Positions 51,851 to 60,420 of a DNA stretch of 64,000 bases are shown piece by piece. The stretch is taken from NCBI GenBank assembly GCA_964558645.1, contig CAZLEV010000001.1:221568-285567 (forward strand), in the 5' to 3' direction. The notes under the pieces are model-generated. The model did no database searches, was not told where the DNA came from, and was given only the letters and a program-made list of their open reading frames with translations. The stretch comes from an uncultured archaeon (GTDB taxonomy: Archaea > Asgardarchaeota > Thorarchaeia > Thorarchaeales > Thorarchaeaceae). Position 1 is the stretch's first letter; every line of letters starts with the position of its first letter. The position numbers and the translations under genes are program-made.

Positions 51851-51868
51851 GTACCGGCAGACGCCGGT
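51851..51868. promoter_or_regulatory. Operator site 7 (variant)
   Basis: GTAAACTTT-GTACCGGCAGACGCCGGT; same 15-nt GTAAACTTTGTACCG flank as sites 4 and 9. Confidence 0.6.
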
Positions 51869-51948
51869 AGAAGAGAGAATAACACTATTAGCCATCGTTC
51901 TGCTGTTGAACCCTGCAAGACAAGGGGCTCATCCAGAATTCCAAATAG

Positions 51949-52956
51949 GTGACATCGAAGATGTTGAAGACCGTCCAAGGGCTACTGTGCTGTCCGGCCT
52001 GTCATGGGGACTTGGCATGGAGCATTGACGAGGAGATTCAAGAGCGAATGGTTCATACTGAGGTCAGGTGTACCGGGTGTTCACGGGCCTACGCTGTCAC
52101 AGATGAGGTAGGTGTCTTTCTACTGAATGAGACTTCTGATGACGATCTCTGGAAGGTTGTGGAGAGTGGCCTAGCACGGAGACTGAGGGAGAATCCGCAG
52201 TATGAGGAACAACTGATGAACAGTGATTTCTCTTCACTCAATGCAGCGGACAAGCTTTTACATACTACAATCCTCGATGAACGAGGCATGTATGACCTTG
52301 CGAGGGCTAGACGGAAGACTGCTGTAGAAGAGTTGTACCCCTCCCCTTACCGTGAGCAATACAAAGCAAAGAAGGGGCAGCTCCTGACGCTTCTGGCTGA
52401 AGAGAATGCCGTGATAGTAGATCTTGCCTCGGGCATGGCGGGTCTGGCGGAAGCATTTGCTGGGCTCGAAAGCCCCGTTGTCTTCAGTGATATCAGCCCG
52501 AGTGTCCTCTTCAGGAACCAGAAACGACTACGACACTTCGGGCTCTACGACAAGACCAGTCTCTTGGCATTTGATGTCCAAAGGATGCCCTTCCGTGATA
52601 GCTCCATACCTGTCTTCACTTCCAATATCGGTCTCACAAACATACGAGACAGCAAGGGCTTTGTTCAGGAACTCTCGCGCTGCCTGAGAGGAAGGGCATA
52701 CTTCATCACTTTCTTCTTTCCTGACAACGGAGATAGAAACGCTCAGTTGCTGGAGCAGCTAGACATGGAGCTTGCATTTGAAGACAGACTGCAGAAGATT
52801 GCAGAGCGCCATCTGGAGGTCGAGATTCTGTATCGAGCCAGCTCAGAAATAAAGCCCACTGTGCAGAGTGAGATATTCGGTGTCGGGATTGACGCCCTCC
52901 CCGTGGAGCCAACAACGGTGACATGGGCAATAGTCAAGATGGACCCCTACCAGTAG
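51949..52956 (+). CDS. Trm112-like Zn-ribbon + class I SAM methyltransferase-fold protein
   Basis: LCCPACHG.L...CTGC...Y.V; VDLASGMAG, SDIS, DV..MPF.D. Confidence 0.75.
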   Translation: MTSKMLKTVQGLLCCPACHGDLAWSIDEEIQERMVHTEVRCTGCSRAYAVTDEVGVFLLNETSDDDLWKVVESGLARRLRENPQYEEQLMNSDFSSLNAADKLLHTTILDERGMYDLARARRKTAVEELYPSPYREQYKAKKGQLLTLLAEENAVIVDLASGMAGLAEAFAGLESPVVFSDISPSVLFRNQKRLRHFGLYDKTSLLAFDVQRMPFRDSSIPVFTSNIGLTNIRDSKGFVQELSRCLRGRAYFITFFFPDNGDRNAQLLEQLDMELAFEDRLQKIAERHLEVEILYRASSEIKPTVQSEIFGVGIDALPVEPTTVTWAIVKMDPYQ

Positions 52957-53296
52957 GCTCTTCTCTTTCTCCGACAGAGTCGTCCGTTCCAGAGGTGCAT
53001 GCTCCGGAGCGGATTACGGTAAGATATCCCCGCAGCTGATTGGCATATCCGAATATCCCCCTACTGAGCTTGTCGGCAATGCAATCGATGTCTGAATTCC
53101 GAACGCGCAGGACAAAGACAGATTCGAAACCGCGAAGAACTCATTGCTTGCTGGCGTGGGAAGGGATTTGGGATTTGAGCCAGAAGCCTGGAACAGAGCG
53201 AGCAAGGGGAAAAGCACGGATAGAACTGGTTCTCTTGGACCAATCTCCTCAGGCAATGGCTCAGCTCCGGCGACACGTTCAGAGCCAAGACCTCTC

Positions 53297-54142
53297 CTAG
53301 ATGAGGCGGTCAGTACCGTTCGCTCCCTCGCAACCACTACGGTCCAACTCGTGGCAGAGTCTGAAGGCTGTGACAGCGGTCTCTGTAGTCAGCAGGTTGC
53401 CCCAAGAATCACGGCAACTGAGGAGTCTGAGCAAGACATCCAGCCCGCGCTGGATAACATCATGACCTCCGGGAAGGCCTGCGGCTAGCATCGAATCCAG
53501 CAACCATGTTAGTGGTCGGACGCCAAGGGTGGGTAGCCAGCCAAGGGTCTTTTCCCTGCAGTACTGGATCGTATCCTCATCGATTTCTGCTCGGTCGGGG
53601 TACAGAGACAACAGACTCCATGTGTTATACCATGTTGCGCTCACGAGCTCTCGGTCATGCCACCGCTTGCTCAACCAATCTACCGCGGCGTTGATTAGGG
53701 GTTGGTCTCCGTGACCCAGGGATACCAGTCTCATGGGCACTGCTGCGGTGAAGTAGAACCTGTCGATTTCACTGTCAGACTGTAGCCATTCCTGCGGTGA
53801 GTGTTCCAGTTTCCGGGGAATCTCATAGAATGACCCGTCCGCATCCTGGATAGACCGGAGGAAGGTCACAGTCGTTTCCGTGACCATCGTGTCCTCAAGC
53901 CCGAACTCCCTTAACCATCGCATACAGTGGATGGTACCACCCAGCGAGCCCGTACGGGACTCTTCTTCCTCTGCGTTGGAGTAGTCCCAGCTCCCATTAT
54001 CGAACTGGTATCCCGAGAGAACCTCTGTTGCTCTATTCTTGCTCACCCTGCCCTGTAGGACCCTCTCTAGGCGAATAAGGTCAAGCCGGTTACCACTCTC
54101 TCGGATGTAGTCCAGTATCCCTCTCAGTCGCCTCTTCGACAT
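53297..54142 (-). CDS. Prenyltransferase/squalene-cyclase-repeat (alpha-alpha toroid) protein
   Basis: QW-like repeats YQFDNGSW and IQDADGSF. Confidence 0.7.
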   Translation of the reverse strand: MSKRRLRGILDYIRESGNRLDLIRLERVLQGRVSKNRATEVLSGYQFDNGSWDYSNAEEEESRTGSLGGTIHCMRWLREFGLEDTMVTETTVTFLRSIQDADGSFYEIPRKLEHSPQEWLQSDSEIDRFYFTAAVPMRLVSLGHGDQPLINAAVDWLSKRWHDRELVSATWYNTWSLLSLYPDRAEIDEDTIQYCREKTLGWLPTLGVRPLTWLLDSMLAAGLPGGHDVIQRGLDVLLRLLSCRDSWGNLLTTETAVTAFRLCHELDRSGCEGANGTDRLI

Positions 54143-54148
54143 GACCTC

Positions 54149-55111
54149 CTATCTCCCATCTCGTTTCTCTCTCAGTTCGACGAGCCTCTCTGCCAGAGTG
54201 CGGATATCGCCAAGATCATTCGCATCATGAACCAGGCGAACCCACCCATGTGGGAGCGTCGAGGGATTGTAGCATGCGGAGAGGCCAGCAGCCATTGAAC
54301 CAACACAATCTGCATCACCCCCGAGACCGGCTGCGCAGATTGCGGCCTGCTCGGCGTGACGGTGGCTGATGAATATGGCCATAGCAGCGCTCACCCCCTC
54401 CCACGCAGTGAAACCCGGATTGAGTCCGAACTTGCGCAACTCCTCTATGTCTGAGCCTTGGGTCACTGTCTGACGAACCCATTCTAGCCGTCGCGACACA
54501 CGGGGACAGTAATCCTCCTCACCAATTTTCGAGTACTCAGAGTGCTGTGCTGCCCTGATGGATGCCTGCAGGATATCTTCAGGTTCTAGGTCTTCAAGCG
54601 CTGCTGAGAAGGCAGCAGCCATCGCACTGGATGCTGCCACGGCACTGCGAGAGTTGTGACTACATCTCACCAGGAGCTCGGCGTCCTTCACAAGTCTATC
54701 GATATGCCGTATGGTGTTGATGATGCCTGCTCCGGCAATCCTGATAGGCGCGCCATTGCCGATACGTGTCATGCGCACTCCCTGCTGAGCGGCTACGACC
54801 AGTCTGCTCCAACTTGGCCATCCCTTCACCTCTTCTGAACAGAGGCTGTTGATCAGATGACTCTCGTCCACGCCTTCTCGTTCAACTATGGATCTCGCAA
54901 CAATGAGTGTCAGCCTTGTGTCATCTGTGACCTCCGCTCTCTTCCAAGAATATCGAGAATTCGGCTGGATCGGCTCTCTGAACTCCTGAATAGGGTCACC
55001 ATATCGGGTGGTAATCTCCGGTGGCCAGAATCCCTCGGTCATCTTTCCGAAGGCATCACCCACTGCTATCCCATTCAGTAGTGCCTCTGTCTTGTCAATT
55101 TGCGCCCTCAT
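54149..55111 (-). CDS. ADP-ribosylglycohydrolase (DraG/ARH family)
   Basis: G.AVGDAFG..TEG, TDDT, GNGA..R, SH, GGDAD..GSMA. Confidence 0.9.
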   Translation of the reverse strand: MRAQIDKTEALLNGIAVGDAFGKMTEGFWPPEITTRYGDPIQEFREPIQPNSRYSWKRAEVTDDTRLTLIVARSIVEREGVDESHLINSLCSEEVKGWPSWSRLVVAAQQGVRMTRIGNGAPIRIAGAGIINTIRHIDRLVKDAELLVRCSHNSRSAVAASSAMAAAFSAALEDLEPEDILQASIRAAQHSEYSKIGEEDYCPRVSRRLEWVRQTVTQGSDIEELRKFGLNPGFTAWEGVSAAMAIFISHRHAEQAAICAAGLGGDADCVGSMAAGLSACYNPSTLPHGWVRLVHDANDLGDIRTLAERLVELREKRDGR

Positions 55112-55177
55112 GCAGTATCACCTTCGCGTGAGTTCTCTGACCTCTTCCAACATCAATGTTTTGACCCTGAATGGGAC

Positions 55178-55657
55178 TCAGGTACAGTCATACGATGAAC
55201 CGTCTGCTAGATGGTGGATGTAGTAGTCGGGTCTTCTAAGAAAGCCCTGTCGCTCGTAGAGGGTGGACTCGGGATTTGCAGCGAGGAGGGTCACCTTGTC
55301 AATCCCCATGCTGCGAGCTTCTTCCAGTACATGACTGAGCAAGAAGCTCGCAATCCCCCGCCCTCTCCAGTGAGGTTCCACGAACATGTTGTGGAGATAC
55401 GCATCCAGACCATTGGGATTCCGACTGGTGGGCAGAGTGTGCATCAATCCAAGAGCACATCCTCCGACCACATGTCCGCCGTTGTGCGCGAGATAGCAGA
55501 TGAGTGCGTTTTCCCAGTTCTTCTTCAGGTAGTCCCTCACAAATCCAGCCGTCAGCTCAAGCGACATATCATCCCATCCCATTGTTCGGAGCATCTCAAC
55601 CCGATGACGGACAACGAGTTCAGTGTGTTCAGGACCGGATCGAATCACATAGACCAT
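55178..55657 (-). CDS. GNAT N-acetyltransferase
   Basis: YLHNMFVEPHWRGRGIAS, LYERQGF. Confidence 0.9.
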   Translation of the reverse strand: MVYVIRSGPEHTELVVRHRVEMLRTMGWDDMSLELTAGFVRDYLKKNWENALICYLAHNGGHVVGGCALGLMHTLPTSRNPNGLDAYLHNMFVEPHWRGRGIASFLLSHVLEEARSMGIDKVTLLAANPESTLYERQGFLRRPDYYIHHLADGSSYDCT

Positions 55658-55847
55658 AGTTCACATCTTCCTACAGATTTTGCAGGGGTTTCGTTGTTCG
55701 TGCTGAGTGGAAGTCTCCGAGTCCTCGGGGTGCCCCGGCAGCACTTTTGCCGAGGCACAAAGAAGTACTCGCAGTTCTTCCAGAGGGTGACTCTGTCCCA
55801 GGAGAGATAGAGAGTGTGCGTCTCATCGGTTCACCATATCGTGACCG
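55658..55847 (-). ncRNA. Putative structured 5' leader, copy B
   Basis: Hairpins at 55827-55847 and 55730-55758 and a CTCTCTATCTC block; stem covaries with copy A. Confidence 0.45.
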
Positions 55848-55880
55848 GCCTTGCTATGAGGTTTAGGACTTCTTAGTGTA

Positions 55881-55899
55881 GTGCCGTCACATGACGGCA
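55881..55899. promoter_or_regulatory. Operator site 8 (perfect 8-bp arms), between divergent genes
   Basis: TGCCGTCA-CA-TGACGGCA. Confidence 0.8.
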
Positions 55900-55984
55900 G
55901 AAGCAAGAAACGAGTCTTCGTATATCGAGATCCGAAGACCTGCGAAGTCTTCGTACTGGCATATCGATACTTCGCAAGCAGGAG

Positions 55985-56740
55985 ATGGAGACAAGAAGAA
56001 TGACACACTGCAAGAGTGACTGTGAAAGAGTGGAAGGGCTTCTAGCTGGCTGGAGTCTGTTGGTAACAGCAGGGCCGACTAGAGGATGGGTAGACAGGAT
56101 ACGTTTCCTCACTACACCGTCTACGGGGAAGATGGGGCTGGCTGTGGCACAGTGCGCCCGTGACCTAGGGGCAGAGGTAGCGTTGGTCATAGGACCCAAC
56201 AACCTGCCGGCTCCCGAGGGCATTGAGGTGTACGACGTGGAAACACCTGACGAGATGAAAGGGATGGTCATGAGTCTGCTTCGAAAGAAGATGATTCATG
56301 GGCTGGTCGCTGCAGCGTCCGTACTTGACTATGTTCCTGAGCATGTGGAGAATCGCAGGATTCCCTCGGGTGCAAGAGAGTTTGCAGTCAGGTTTAGGCC
56401 CACTGCAAAGGTCATCAATGAGGCAAGGTTGAGACACAAGGACCTGTACATCGTTGCCTTCAAGACGGAATGGGCCCTAGATGACAGCGAGCTTCACATG
56501 TCAGCCAGGGAATTGATGGACTCGGGAGTGGCCAACGTGGTCGTAGCCAATGATGCAGCAAGAAAGGGGGCTGGGTTTGGCTGGGACACTAACCAAGTCT
56601 TGATTACGGGACCAGGCGAATCATCTGAGATTCTCCCCCTCATGTCGAAGGAAGACGTATCTTATCATCTGCTCAATCGCATCGCAAGGGACATCAGTGA
56701 CTGGTGCCAAGAGAGACGCATAGGCGGTCCGCATCGATGA
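55985..56740 (+). CDS. coaB: Stand-alone phosphopantothenate-cysteine ligase-like (CoaB/DFP domain) protein
   Basis: LVTAGPT...D..RF....STGKMG.A.A, AASV.DY, AFK.E, VVAND...GF..DTN; no CoaC domain. Confidence 0.8.
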   Translation: METRRMTHCKSDCERVEGLLAGWSLLVTAGPTRGWVDRIRFLTTPSTGKMGLAVAQCARDLGAEVALVIGPNNLPAPEGIEVYDVETPDEMKGMVMSLLRKKMIHGLVAAASVLDYVPEHVENRRIPSGAREFAVRFRPTAKVINEARLRHKDLYIVAFKTEWALDDSELHMSARELMDSGVANVVVANDAARKGAGFGWDTNQVLITGPGESSEILPLMSKEDVSYHLLNRIARDISDWCQERRIGGPHR

Positions 56741-57750
56741 AGACCATGACGGTTGAGAACAAGCGTTTTAGCTGGGGTCGAGTGGAGAGCAAAGAGGAGT
56801 TTCAGGACTTCGTTCGCGGGCTGGAGCTGCAACCACCTTTCATTGTCAAACCGAACTGGATATGCGAGGACTATGGGCATTTCACCGACCCGCTGGTACT
56901 TGAATGGGTCTTGGAGGCGCTTCATCCCGATGGAGAGCTTGTGGTGACAGAGGCCTATTCAGCCAGAAACATGCTTGTCTGCGGGGCACCCAATACGGTG
57001 AGGTTCAATGAGCAACAACTTGAGATGGTCAGGGAGTCTGAACAGGGCTTCATGGATCGAACGGGTATTGGGGACATTCTTCAAAGGCTGGATGTTGAGT
57101 ATGTGAACGTTGCCGAGGAGATGCTCGCCGGTCGGGCTGTTGAGCCATCGATTGTACGCCAAAGAGTCGTAGACTTCTATGGAGAAGTGGCGAGAGAGGA
57201 GTTCTACACCTTCATCCCTACGAAGCTCTATGCTCTGAGAGAGGGAACTTTCATCAATCTGGCCAAGTTCAAGATCTTCTTCAGTATGTGCACAAAGAAC
57301 GTCTTTGGGATGATTCCCGAGTATGTGGGATATGGCTCCCGTTATGTCTACCATGGGGAGAAGGATATACATCTCTCAGAGAACATTGTAGACATCAACC
57401 GGGTCTATCGTGCACTCTTCAACGTTGTAGGAATCGTAGAAGGGGTTAGAACCTTGAGCTGCGAGCCCGGGAAGGGCACTGCCACTCACTCTTCCAAGTT
57501 CGGCTACGACTATGATGTCATGGAGGACTGCGAGCTCGTCTACTATGGCGACGATCCTCTATGGCTTGATGCTTTCATCCATCAACAATGTGGAAGAGAC
57601 CCCGTCAAGACAGACCATCTTGGGCGCGCACTGCATTTCTTCGAACCATGGCCAGAGAGAGTCCTATCAAGAGCGATAGAGGAAGGAAACCCCCTCCTCA
57701 GATGCTCGGAAGATGAAGAGACAGGTTCTCGTGAATGGGCACCTCTCTGA
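56737..57750 (+). CDS. DUF362-like protein
   Basis: IVKPNW, TDP..L..V, INLAKFK...CTKN.FG.IP; ATGA overlap with coaB. Confidence 0.7.
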   Translation: MKTMTVENKRFSWGRVESKEEFQDFVRGLELQPPFIVKPNWICEDYGHFTDPLVLEWVLEALHPDGELVVTEAYSARNMLVCGAPNTVRFNEQQLEMVRESEQGFMDRTGIGDILQRLDVEYVNVAEEMLAGRAVEPSIVRQRVVDFYGEVAREEFYTFIPTKLYALREGTFINLAKFKIFFSMCTKNVFGMIPEYVGYGSRYVYHGEKDIHLSENIVDINRVYRALFNVVGIVEGVRTLSCEPGKGTATHSSKFGYDYDVMEDCELVYYGDDPLWLDAFIHQQCGRDPVKTDHLGRALHFFEPWPERVLSRAIEEGNPLLRCSEDEETGSREWAPL

Positions 57751-57856
57751 TCCAGGAGAACTGGGTAGTGGGTGTTGCCTATCCCGTGGTCAGAGGAAAT
57801 GACACTCATGTTCTGCCGGCCCTCGTAGACATCAGGCATCGCGGGGTACCGGTAGC

Positions 57857-58894
57857 TCAGTGGTGGGATGGCCGCTCTCTCATCCGAATGGCTTCGGAGG
57901 GACAGACCGATGCGCACAGGCCGCATCCATAGCAGAGATCTGCCGGAGCATGGGCAAGTCCGCTCCTGAGTATCATGCACCCGAATGGGCAGGACTCAAT
58001 ACAGACACCGCACCCGATGCACAGATCATGATCAACGGATGCGAGATACCCTGAAGGCTTGATACAACCTCTCATGCCGAATCTTAGGAGGGCCTGGAAC
58101 TCATGGCAACAACACGCACAGCAGCTGCAGATGGCGTTTGCTTTCTGCTGAGTTGAAAACAGTGTCATGGTGACAAGGCCTTTTCCGTTTCCCATGTTCA
58201 TCACATCCAACGCGTCGCTGATGGTCAGAGGCCTCGCCTGACCGCGGGACAGATGATACTGCGCAACCTCATCGAGGAGGATGCAGGTATCCAGAGGCCC
58301 TTCGCATTGCCCAGACAGCTTCCGGCATGTGCATTCCGTGAGTGCTATCTTCTCCGCCTGTTCCAATACACGTCTCCGCATGTCATGGTCCAAGACCTGT
58401 CTCTGAACCGGAAGTGTCTTCTGTACCGGAATCACCTCAGACGAGTGCTCCAGCCTACCTTTCTTCATTCTTGACGCAATTGTCATCACATAATACCTGT
58501 TGTAGTACTGCCTCAACTTCTCACGCTGCCCCGCATCTAAGTGATCCAGCCGGCCCTCCTTGAGCTGTGTCTTGACTATCTCAGGGAGAGGCCTCATCAT
58601 ATAGCGTGTCTTCGTGTCTGTTGTGGACCGTGAGATGAAGCCTGTCAGGTACAGTCTACCGACCCGCTCACGGACTCTATCAGGAACATCACCGCCGAGG
58701 ACGTGATTCATCTCATCTACAGTGCGAGGTGTTCGGGCAATCGAGGCAAGAATTCGTAGCTCGTCCGATGAGAGAAGATGGTTCAGCGTACGCTGTAGTA
58801 TGACCGATACGGCTGGTGTTCGAAGGGGGAGTTCGGGAGACCGTTCTTCTTTCAGTTCCACCATCACCTGCTGTGACTCTGCAGACGATTCCAC
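57857..58894 (-). CDS. Winged-helix + Cys-rich + 2x[4Fe-4S] ferredoxin-domain protein
   Basis: C.CR......C..PLDTC, ICSCCACCC, CIGCGVCIESCP, CYGCGLCASVCP; GGAGGAGG upstream. Confidence 0.88.
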   Translation of the reverse strand: MESSAESQQVMVELKEERSPELPLRTPAVSVILQRTLNHLLSSDELRILASIARTPRTVDEMNHVLGGDVPDRVRERVGRLYLTGFISRSTTDTKTRYMMRPLPEIVKTQLKEGRLDHLDAGQREKLRQYYNRYYVMTIASRMKKGRLEHSSEVIPVQKTLPVQRQVLDHDMRRRVLEQAEKIALTECTCRKLSGQCEGPLDTCILLDEVAQYHLSRGQARPLTISDALDVMNMGNGKGLVTMTLFSTQQKANAICSCCACCCHEFQALLRFGMRGCIKPSGYLASVDHDLCIGCGVCIESCPFGCMILRSGLAHAPADLCYGCGLCASVCPSEAIRMRERPSHH

Positions 58895-59144
58895 TCAGAG
58901 GCCTCCTCCGCGCCGGTCCGCGGGTGATTCTTTCCGGAGTCTACGAGCCGTACTTTCCGGTCATGACTGATTCGGATTGGCCTGTGCCAATTCATCGGGT
59001 CATTCGTGGGAGGATGCCCCTCATCGTCGTATCTGCATGTCTTGTTGGGTCCGGGAGCAGTCCTGCAAGAGGCCCTACCTATCCTGACTGTTCGGACCGT
59101 TCTTGACCTTCATAGAACATGGTTCGATCTCTCTAGTAAACTTT

Positions 59145-59162
59145 GTACCGACAGGTGACAGC
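59145..59162. promoter_or_regulatory. Operator site 9
   Basis: GTAAACTTT-GTACCGACAGGTGACAGC. Confidence 0.68.
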
Positions 59163-59255
59163 AGCGGGTCAAGAGGAGGAGTAGAAGATGCACTCAGGAG
59201 AGCGATGAGAGGTGTGTTCGCACTCATCTGGCCTGGAGTGGAGGAGGGGCACCGT

Positions 59256-59453
59256 CTAGCGTCGCCACAAGGCAAGGACCCTCGCCTTGTGCTTCTCAAG
59301 CTCTTTCAGATGCTCCTCACTTACTCGGTGAAAATCGGGGTAGTCCCGTGAACAATCAGCGGGGACTTGCTTCTCGTTCTCAGGGGTGATTTCCTCCTCA
59401 TCTGCTTCATTCGCTTCACATGGGCCCCTGCGTTTCTTGACTAGTCGTGTCAT
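59256..59453 (-). CDS. Small hypothetical protein
   Basis: 65-aa charged ORF beginning about 45 nt downstream of operator site 10 and its TATA-like box. Confidence 0.55.
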   Translation of the reverse strand: MTRLVKKRRGPCEANEADEEEITPENEKQVPADCSRDYPDFHRVSEEHLKELEKHKARVLALWRR

Positions 59454-59498
59454 GTTGGGTCTTCACGACATCACCCACTGGAAATCGTCGTAAGTCTT

Positions 59499-59518
59499 GC
59501 ACCGGCATGTGACAGTAC
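59499..59518. promoter_or_regulatory. Operator site 10
   Basis: GTAAGTCTT-GCACCGGCATGTGACAGTAC. Confidence 0.68.
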
Positions 59519-59637
59519 TATCCCGGTTATAGAGGAGAGAACTTGGAGATTGAGGGGTGCTCAAGGTCATGAGGACTGTTGACTCAATCTGGGCCATATG
59601 AAACAGATCTGTCAGAGGAAGAGAATCTCACTTCTTT

Positions 59638-60384
59638 TCAGGCCTCGAGTCGAGGAAAGGACTCGATGACCCGACTGAGATTGATCTCCTCTCGCTTCGA
59701 TTCGGGGGCCTTTCTGAAGAGTTCTAGATAGGGAACGAGGGCTGCAACGAGCTTGTTCTCAGCCTTTCTGAGATGCTCCTGGAATGTCGTTCGAACTACA
59801 TCAGCTTTCCTAGATATGGTCCGAACATCTGCCCCGCGCGGTATCTGATAATACCCGTTGGTATAGGCTGTGAGGAGAGCGTCGATCTGCTTGTCTGTAA
59901 GATCAGAAAAGAGGGCATCAGCTGTGAGAGTCAGAGAGCTTGCTATGAATCCGTCAAAGGGCACCTTTCGAAGTATCTCTGACTCAATCCCGCGCTTGTC
60001 CAACAGCCGCATCATCTCAGAGAAGTGGCTCTGTTTGAATGCCACCAGACGGTAGTGTTCCCATCCCTCCATGTACACAACGGGACTGATCTGAAGGAGG
60101 TTGCAGGAGTCAAAGAGGACGCTGACCGAGTTATCTTCAGTGCACTGGCAGTCCTTGGTGACTGCGTGTATGTTTCCACAGTCAGAGAAATGCTCCACAG
60201 TTGTGCCAATCGAAGCTGCGGCCTCAAGAAGTCCATCGATGTCCTCATAACCGTGAGTCACGAACTCCATGATCTCATGGTGGCGGTTACACCAGAGAAA
60301 CATCTTCACGTCGGGAAAGCGCCGCGAGAGATTCGCGAATGGGCAATCGTGTGTGAGCCTCAGCAGAATCTCAAACATCGTCAT
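59638..60384 (-). CDS. Bat/HTH_10-type transcription regulator (intact)
   Basis: C-terminal LTDKQ..AL..AY..GYY..PR......I......RTTFQEHLRKAE.KL; N-terminal HDCPF, WCN and CQC residues. Confidence 0.92.
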   Translation of the reverse strand: MTMFEILLRLTHDCPFANLSRRFPDVKMFLWCNRHHEIMEFVTHGYEDIDGLLEAAASIGTTVEHFSDCGNIHAVTKDCQCTEDNSVSVLFDSCNLLQISPVVYMEGWEHYRLVAFKQSHFSEMMRLLDKRGIESEILRKVPFDGFIASSLTLTADALFSDLTDKQIDALLTAYTNGYYQIPRGADVRTISRKADVVRTTFQEHLRKAENKLVAALVPYLELFRKAPESKREEINLSRVIESFPRLEA

Positions 60385-60392
60385 ATGACAAT
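60375..60392. promoter_or_regulatory. Operator site 11, overlapping the regulator start codon
   Basis: ACATCGTCATATGACAAT spans the ATG at 60384. Confidence 0.65.
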
Positions 60393-60420
60393 ACTAGCGT
60401 TCTGTCCATATATGCTCTGA

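Noticed and set aside
52990-53296. Gene remnant (…AIDV*IPNAQDKDRFETAKNSLLAGVGRDLGFEPEAW…)
   Set aside because: Protein-like, but it has no clear start and an internal stop, and I cannot support a family assignment.
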